64,000 bases of DNA, taken from positions 1 through 64,000 of the forward strand of contig JBBRPR010000043.1 in assembly GCA_038227875.1 (NCBI GenBank), in the 5' to 3' direction. The stretch comes from Planctomycetota bacterium (lineage in GTDB: Bacteria > Planctomycetota > SZUA-567 > H5-PLA8). Both the position numbers and the translations under genes were made by a program. Positions 58,244 through 64,000 of the stretch are shown here, piece by piece (position 1 is the first letter of the stretch; every line of letters begins with the position of its first letter). The notes under the pieces are model-generated. The model saw only the letters and a program-made list of their open reading frames with translations, did no database searches and was not told where the DNA came from.

Positions 58244-59401
58244 CTACGCAAAGTCCTCTTTGGCCAGCACCGGTTCCTGCGCGGAGCCGATGTTGATCAG
58301 CAATCCCAGCGCGATGAATGAGCTCATGATCGAACTGCCGCCGTAAGAGACGAATGGCAGCGTCAGCCCCGTCGTGGGCAGCAGGCCAATCGCAACGCCG
58401 GTGTTGATCAGGACCTGCGAACAGAGCATCGCGACGCAGCCGACGGCAATCAGGCGGCCGGCCGGTTCGCGCGTCCGCGCGGCGATGCCCAAACCCGCCA
58501 GCGCGACGAGGAAAAACAGAACCAGCAGCAGTCCGGCGAGAAACAGTCCGCCTTCCTCGCAGACAACGGCGAAGATGAAGTCGGTGTGCTTTTCCGGCAG
58601 CAGGTTGATGTGACTGGCGCTCGCGCCGCCCCAACCCTTGCCCCAGAATCCGCCGGACCCGATGGCCGTCTGGGCGCGCAGCAGCTGCCAGGCTTCGCCG
58701 AGCTTGTACTGTTCCGGATCCCACCACGCCAGCACGCGCGCTTTCTGAAATGGCTTCAAGACGGTGAACCACATTCCGACCATGCCGCACGCGCCGAAGA
58801 ACATCATCAGCGCCAGGTGCCGGAATCGCGCGCCCGCGGCAAAGAGCATGATGAAGACCACCGGCATGCACGCCATCGCCGTGCCCAGCTGCGGTTCCTT
58901 GGCGATGAGGACCAGCGGCACCATCGCGAGGACCAGCGGCACGAACAATCCCGTGAGGTGCTTGTAGCTGTCGCGGTACATCAGGTAATGCGCGAGCGTG
59001 ATAATGATGATCGGCTTCATCAGTTCGGAAGGTTCAAGGCTGATGATGTAAAGATTGTACCAGCAATGTGCGCCCTTGATCGCCGGCGTAAGAAAAACGC
59101 CGCAGAGCAGCAGCAGACCGACGAGGTAAAGCAGCGAGGCGTGGCGCAGGATCTGCAGGTAATGGATGCGTTGCAGGCCGATGACGACGCCCAATCCGAG
59201 CATCACAAAAATCATCTGCCGACCCACGAAGCCGAGGCTCGACCCGCTCATGTCACGCGTCGCGCTGGCGATGAAGCAGAGCCCGATCAGCAGGATCAAC
59301 GCAACGCTGCCGACGAGCATGGCGTCGACGCGGCGGAAGATATTTAGCAGCGGCGCGAGTGAGAAGCCGGGCGCGGGTGAGGTAACGAGGCTTTGGTTCA
59401 T
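58244..59401 (-). CDS. rodA: Rod shape-determining SEDS protein RodA
   Basis: PSELMK, P.LGT, AIGSGG..GKG, LPEKHTDFIFAV..EE.G, G.TLPFVSYGGSS; downstream of mrdA. Confidence 0.92.
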   Translation of the reverse strand: MNQSLVTSPAPGFSLAPLLNIFRRVDAMLVGSVALILLIGLCFIASATRDMSGSSLGFVGRQMIFVMLGLGVVIGLQRIHYLQILRHASLLYLVGLLLLCGVFLTPAIKGAHCWYNLYIISLEPSELMKPIIIITLAHYLMYRDSYKHLTGLFVPLVLAMVPLVLIAKEPQLGTAMACMPVVFIMLFAAGARFRHLALMMFFGACGMVGMWFTVLKPFQKARVLAWWDPEQYKLGEAWQLLRAQTAIGSGGFWGKGWGGASASHINLLPEKHTDFIFAVVCEEGGLFLAGLLLVLFFLVALAGLGIAARTREPAGRLIAVGCVAMLCSQVLINTGVAIGLLPTTGLTLPFVSYGGSSIMSSFIALGLLINIGSAQEPVLAKEDFA

Positions 59402-59420
59402 CGCATTTCCAATCGATCAT

Positions 59421-59620
59421 TTGCTCCGGAGGAGCAACCGTGAATAGCCAGGGGCGGAAGCCCCTGGGTGAGTTTCGCTTTTGAAGCAGAGCCCTGGAAG
59501 GGCGAACGAGCCGGTGTTGCAGCGCGAAGTTCGGACGTCCTTTCAGGGCTCGTCAAGAATATACGAGCGGTAACCTGGGGCTGCCGCCCCTGGCTATTAA
59601 CGATCGGCCCTCCGAGCCTG
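59421..59620. repeat. REPIN-like nested inverted-repeat element with no transposase
   Basis: 59443-59467 pairs with 59574-59598; 59489-59504 pairs with 59536-59551. Confidence 0.8.
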
Positions 59621-59761
59621 ACGGAGCGGGGCGCTGCGAGAAAAGCGCCGGGCCATCCTGCGACGTTCAATGCGTCGTGAACGATTGCCATATCACTGCC
59701 TCTCTATTACTGACCTTGGATGGTGCCAGCGGCACCATTACCTCCGCGCAGTCCGTTTCGA

Positions 59762-62050
59762 TCACTCCCCGCCCGCCACCGCGCGGCCCTTCGGATTATT
59801 CTTCGTTCCGTACATCTCTCTCAGGAACTGGTACGCCACCGGCCCCGCCGTTGCGCCGCCGTGGCCGGCGTCTTCGAGCACGATGGCGAAGGCGATCTGC
59901 GGATTGTCGGCGGGGGCGTAGCCGGCGAACCAGGCGTGCGGCGTTTCGTTGTGGCCGTGTTCGGCGGTGCTGGTTTTGCCGGCGACTTTCACGGACAGTT
60001 CGCCGTTCTCGTGAAAGGGCGTGTACGCGGTCCCTTTTTCACCGGGGCGGCCGCAGTTGACGACTTCTTCCAGACCCTGGTGCACCATTGCGAGGCTCGA
60101 CGACGAAATGCCCAGCGCGCGAGCAGGAACTTGCGGCGCGTCGAGCCAGACGTGCGGCGTCAACACGCTGCCGTTGTTGGCGACGGCGGCCATCAACTGC
60201 GCGGCCTGAACGACGGTGCTGGTCATCTGGCCCTGCCCGATGGCCAGCAGGTAATCCTGCCCGCGAGGCCACGCGCGCGCGGCGTCGTTGGCGTAATGCT
60301 TCTGGCGCCAATCGCGGTCGGGGAAAATTCCAGGCGCTTCCGAAGGCAGATCAATCCCGCTGCGTTTTCCGAGAATCAATTTCGCGAACGGCGCGAGGCC
60401 TTCGACGCCGATGCGGGCGCCCAGTTGCATGTAATACATGTTGCAGGAGCAGCGCAGGCCCTTGGTGAGGTTGACGATGCCGTGCGCATGACCATCATCG
60501 CAATGGTAAACCTGACCGCCTTCTTTCATGAAACCTTTGCATTCAATCGTTTCGTTCGGATTGACGCCCTTGTCGAGCGCGACGGCAGCGACCAGCGTTT
60601 TCATGATCGAGCCGAGCGGGTACTGCTGGGCGATGGCGCGGTTGAGCAGCGGCTTGCGGTCGGTGTCGCCAAGCAGTTCGGCGATCTTCGCCTGGCGTTC
60701 CGGATTGTCGCGCGGCGGCACAAAGACATTGGGATCGAAATCAGGATTGCTGGCCATCGCGAGAACTTCGCCGGTGTGAACGTCCATGACGACAATCGCG
60801 CCGTTGTGGCCTTGCGCGTGGAGCGCGCGTTCGACGGCCTCCTGCCACGGAATAGAAATGGTCAGCGCCAGCGCGTCGCCGGCGCGCGGCTGAGAATCCT
60901 TGCGGTAATCAATGCCACCCTCCTCGTCTTCACGGAAGTAGTCGCCGCGGATTTTCATGCCGGCTTTGTCGCGAAGCAAGGCGTTGCGAAAGCGTTCGAC
61001 TCCCATGTCGCCGCAGATGCGGCTGGGGAGAATATTCTTGGCCGCGCTGATGGGCATGTTGATGCCCAGCCAGAGCATTTCGGTTTCCGCCAGCGCGATG
61101 CGCGGCGGGCGTTCCGTCCAGTGAACCATGTCGCTGAGGCCCAGCGCCGCGACGCGCTGTTGGTCGCTGGGGCGCAGGTTGGCGACGGTGGTGAAGACCT
61201 GGCCGAGCGGCATTTCACGGATATCGCCGTGGAAGAACGGATCGAGACGGTCGGCGGCCGCGTCGTTGAGCGTCGAGCGGACTTCGTCCCACTGGCGGCG
61301 GCGGATGTCGGGGTTTTCGAGCAGGATGCCGTCCTGGCGCAGATCGTTGTCGTCTTCGGCGCTGAGTTCTCCGACGCTTCCGAGCACAAAGCAGGCGAGC
61401 TTTCCGCGCGGATAAACGCGGCGCGTGGAGACGGTGCAGACCAGTCCGGGAAACGGCGGTTCCTGCGTGTCGCTGAGCGCATCGGCGGCTTTGCCAAGCA
61501 TCTTGTAGCTGTCGCGGAAGACATCATCGTGAATCGCGCGCAGGCCCAGCCATGTTTTTTCATCGATGCCGTTGACGATTTTCAGCGGGGCTCGGCCTGA
61601 GGCCCATTTGCGCGCGACGGTGTCGAGCGCTTTGAGGACACCGGCGGCGATTTCCAATTCCGGGCGGTCGACGGTGCGGGCAAGGTCCATCACGTAGCGT
61701 TCGCCGGCGAGCTTTTCGATGATGCGATCGAAGGCGGCGTCGCGTTCTTTCGCGTCTTTGATTTTCTCGCGGACCTCGCGGACTTCATCGAGCGTCACGG
61801 AGGTCAGGTGCAGGCGTTCGACGCGGACGGAGAGATCGTAAAACGGTTCGTCGTAGGCCAGCGCATCACCGAAGCGGTCGAAGATCGGGCCGCGAATTGA
61901 GGCGACCATTTTTTCCATGTTCTTGTCGCGGCTGGCCAGCGCCGCGTACTGATCGTAGCGAGTCACCTGCAGCAGCCAGAGCCGGCAGAAGATCACAACA
62001 AAGCAGATCCCCAGCAGGACAGCAACGATACCGAGGCGAGTTTTAAACAT
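59762..62050 (-). CDS. mrdA: Penicillin-binding protein 2 (class B transpeptidase)
   Basis: RG.IFDR.G, R.YPRG, G..LAMAS.P.FDPN, SIMK (SxxK), SCN (SxN), KTS triad, HAWFAGYAP. Confidence 0.92.
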   Translation of the reverse strand: MFKTRLGIVAVLLGICFVVIFCRLWLLQVTRYDQYAALASRDKNMEKMVASIRGPIFDRFGDALAYDEPFYDLSVRVERLHLTSVTLDEVREVREKIKDAKERDAAFDRIIEKLAGERYVMDLARTVDRPELEIAAGVLKALDTVARKWASGRAPLKIVNGIDEKTWLGLRAIHDDVFRDSYKMLGKAADALSDTQEPPFPGLVCTVSTRRVYPRGKLACFVLGSVGELSAEDDNDLRQDGILLENPDIRRRQWDEVRSTLNDAAADRLDPFFHGDIREMPLGQVFTTVANLRPSDQQRVAALGLSDMVHWTERPPRIALAETEMLWLGINMPISAAKNILPSRICGDMGVERFRNALLRDKAGMKIRGDYFREDEEGGIDYRKDSQPRAGDALALTISIPWQEAVERALHAQGHNGAIVVMDVHTGEVLAMASNPDFDPNVFVPPRDNPERQAKIAELLGDTDRKPLLNRAIAQQYPLGSIMKTLVAAVALDKGVNPNETIECKGFMKEGGQVYHCDDGHAHGIVNLTKGLRCSCNMYYMQLGARIGVEGLAPFAKLILGKRSGIDLPSEAPGIFPDRDWRQKHYANDAARAWPRGQDYLLAIGQGQMTSTVVQAAQLMAAVANNGSVLTPHVWLDAPQVPARALGISSSSLAMVHQGLEEVVNCGRPGEKGTAYTPFHENGELSVKVAGKTSTAEHGHNETPHAWFAGYAPADNPQIAFAIVLEDAGHGGATAGPVAYQFLREMYGTKNNPKGRAVAGGE

Positions 62051-62093
62051 GGACGGCGACCCTTGTGGCGTGTGACGGCAAAGATAATTCGTG

Positions 62094-62660
62094 CTACGCG
62101 CGCTTCAGTTTGCCCCGGCGCGCCGCGTTTATGCGCGCTTCATTGGCCCAGCGTTCCCGCACCGCCGGAGACAGGCAGTTGGTCCAGGCCAGCCAGCGGC
62201 CGGTCAGATAGGCGATGGGCAAGCCCCACACCGCCGCTGCGATGGCCAGCGACGAGAGCGATGCGGCGACCTGGCCCCAGACGTAATGCACGCCGAAGAA
62301 ATTGGCGAAGAGCACGTAAAAGACATGCGCGAGGACCGTGCCGGCCAGCCCGCCGATCCACGGTGCGAGCACATCCCCGCGGACCAGTTCGCGCCACGCG
62401 ACGAGCAGAATCACGCCCGCCGCCGCGAGGTAGGCGAGCGTCAGCACTCCAAAATGCGCCGAACCAAATAAGTCCGCCTGCACGCCCAGACAGAAAATCG
62501 CAATCAACCCGAATTCGCGCGGCCCAAACGCGAGCACCGTGATCCCCACAAGAATTCCCAGATCCGGCCGCAGCACCGGCGGCAAAAACGCCGGCACCAG
62601 CGCCAACTGCGCAATGACAACCGCGAGAACGAGAGTGGTGAGTGTGAAGGCGTATCTCAT
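62094..62660 (-). CDS. mreD: Rod shape-determining protein MreD
   Basis: Hydrophobic 188 aa protein with RPDL...G...D..G between mreC and mrdA. Confidence 0.78.
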   Translation of the reverse strand: MRYAFTLTTLVLAVVIAQLALVPAFLPPVLRPDLGILVGITVLAFGPREFGLIAIFCLGVQADLFGSAHFGVLTLAYLAAAGVILLVAWRELVRGDVLAPWIGGLAGTVLAHVFYVLFANFFGVHYVWGQVAASLSSLAIAAAVWGLPIAYLTGRWLAWTNCLSPAVRERWANEARINAARRGKLKRA

Positions 62661-62681
62661 GTTTTGCGTTCCTTAAGCGCT

Positions 62682-63557
62682 TTAGCGCGCCCCGCGTTTC
62701 ACGCCGGGTGCCGCGGGCCACGGGACTTCGGGCATTGACCCCGTCAGGACGTGGACGATTTCGACGGCGTTGTCGTTGCAGGCGGGACGGATGGTCAGTT
62801 CCCATTGGAAGTCGCCGGTCTTGCGGACGGCGGTGACGACGCCCATCCACAGTCCCGACGGAAACGCGCCGTCGTAGCCGCTGGTGACCACGTTCTCGCC
62901 GACTTTCGGCGCGGCTTCGCGCGCGACGATGGCCATGTGGCAGAAGCGTTCGCCGTTCTCCTCGGCCTTCGCGCCCTGCAAGACGCCTTCGACGCGGCAA
63001 TCGGATAACCGCGCGGCAATGGACATGCCACGATGCGTCAACAACGCCAGACTTGCGCCATGCGGTCCGATCCCGACGATCCGGCCGAGCACTGCGCCGC
63101 GGTGAAGCACGCCGGCATTCATGCGCAGTCCGTCGGCTTCGCCGCGGTCGAGACCCAGGATCGGTTCCTGCCAGAGAATTTTGCGGATGATCACGTTGGC
63201 ATCGACGCCTGGCGGAATTTTTCCGGGCAGATTGGCGAACGGTTCGGTGCGGCGCAACTTTTCGAGTTCGTTCTCCAGCTGAACAATCCGCGCGCGGTTG
63301 TAATCCGTTTCCGCGGAAGTGTTCGGAGCAGGCATTTCGACGGGCTTATCCGGTGATGTGGCTTCCAGATTTTGAATGCTGGCCACGCGCGGCGCGGGCG
63401 CTTTCCACGCGGCGAAACGGCTGAGCACCGGGTTGAGCAACGAGAGCACGCGGGCGCGCGCGGAGTCGACGCTGCTTTCCGGCACCGCCAGCAAGAGCAG
63501 TGCGAGGAAGGCCAACGCTGGAAAGACGATGCGCGATCGCTCGCCATCACGGGTCAT
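62682..63557 (-). CDS. mreC: Rod shape-determining protein MreC
   Basis: TM, coiled coil (QLENELEKLR), LDRG..DG, GRI, VVTSG.DG.FP.GL..G.V. Confidence 0.88.
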   Translation of the reverse strand: MTRDGERSRIVFPALAFLALLLLAVPESSVDSARARVLSLLNPVLSRFAAWKAPAPRVASIQNLEATSPDKPVEMPAPNTSAETDYNRARIVQLENELEKLRRTEPFANLPGKIPPGVDANVIIRKILWQEPILGLDRGEADGLRMNAGVLHRGAVLGRIVGIGPHGASLALLTHRGMSIAARLSDCRVEGVLQGAKAEENGERFCHMAIVAREAAPKVGENVVTSGYDGAFPSGLWMGVVTAVRKTGDFQWELTIRPACNDNAVEIVHVLTGSMPEVPWPAAPGVKRGAR

Positions 63558-63696
63558 AATCACTGCTTCCAGTTGTTCATTGCCGTTCGAGAGATTGCAC
63601 CGATTTCAATGTATCGGGCACTAAGAGGTGGGAACTGAAGAGAAAGTTTCACAAAATGTGCGTAAGCGCGAGGCCGCGGTCGATACTGAGTAGGGC

Positions 63697-63849
63697 AATT
63701 CAAATTTAAAATTCAAATTCAAAAACGCACGCGGGTAGGAGAGTTGATTTGGACGACGTGTAAGCAAGCGCGAGCGCAAGATTCCAGGGGAGTTTGTGCA
63801 GTCCGCGGTGCATTCAGCCGCGTGCATTTTTAATTTTGAATTTTTAATT
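63697..63849. repeat. AT-rich inverted repeat of AATTCAA/AATTAAA-like units
   Basis: aattcaaatttaaaattcaaattcaaaaacgcacgcg ... cgcgtgcatttttaattttgaatttttaatt. Confidence 0.75.
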
Positions 63850-63869
63850 CCACGCAGGGGGGAGAGTTC

Positions 63870-64000
63870 ATGGCCATTCGACACACGTCCATCATCGAGC
63901 GCATCCGCAGCGGGGCGCTGCTGAGCCTGGCGCTTTCGTCGCTGATCTGTCTTTTCTCCTGCCAGGAGTCGAATATGAAAACGACTGCCGCGCCGACGCC
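63870..64000 (+). CDS. 5' start of a probable exported protein or lipoprotein, truncated by the window edge
   Basis: GGAGAG RBS; MAIRHTSIIERIRSGALLSLALSSLICLFSCQ... open to the edge. Confidence 0.5.
   Translation, partial: MAIRHTSIIERIRSGALLSLALSSLICLFSCQESNMKTTAAPT

Noticed and set aside
1..64000. tRNA, rRNA, prophage or integrase-bounded island
   Set aside because: No cloverleaf, rRNA signature, phage structural gene or integrase recognised by eye; a covariance-model scan would be needed to exclude small RNAs

Overview
High-GC bacterial chromosomal window with about 40 genes. The gene repertoire (redoxin/copper-monooxygenase fusion, membrane Ser/Thr kinase with PA14, DNRLRE and PKD/Ig surface proteins, several TIM-barrel sugar isomerases, heptamer-repeat intergenic elements) suggests a PVC-superphylum organism, probably Planctomycetota; this is an inference. 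Recognisable genes include a WcaJ-like sugar transferase, an AraC regulator with a divergent glutaminase-A-like gene, a GH35 beta-galactosidase, two parvulin PPIases, an ABC-F ATPase, a HupE/UreJ transporter, larB, an all-alpha dUTPase-like protein, an NtrC-type regulator and mreC-mreD-mrdA-rodA. A frameshifted Y1 (IS200/RAYT-like) transposase lies inside long inverted repeats. The best candidate for an undescribed system is a three-gene minus-strand operon (18381-21510): two divergent, possibly Ku-like proteins followed by a minimal ATP-dependent ligase with a WGR-like C-terminus, i.e. a possible heterodimeric-Ku end-joining module. Also notable is a single-chain E1alpha-E1beta-lipoyl-E2 2-oxoacid dehydrogenase. 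I found no rRNA, tRNA or CRISPR array. All family calls come from reading motifs by eye, not from database searches.
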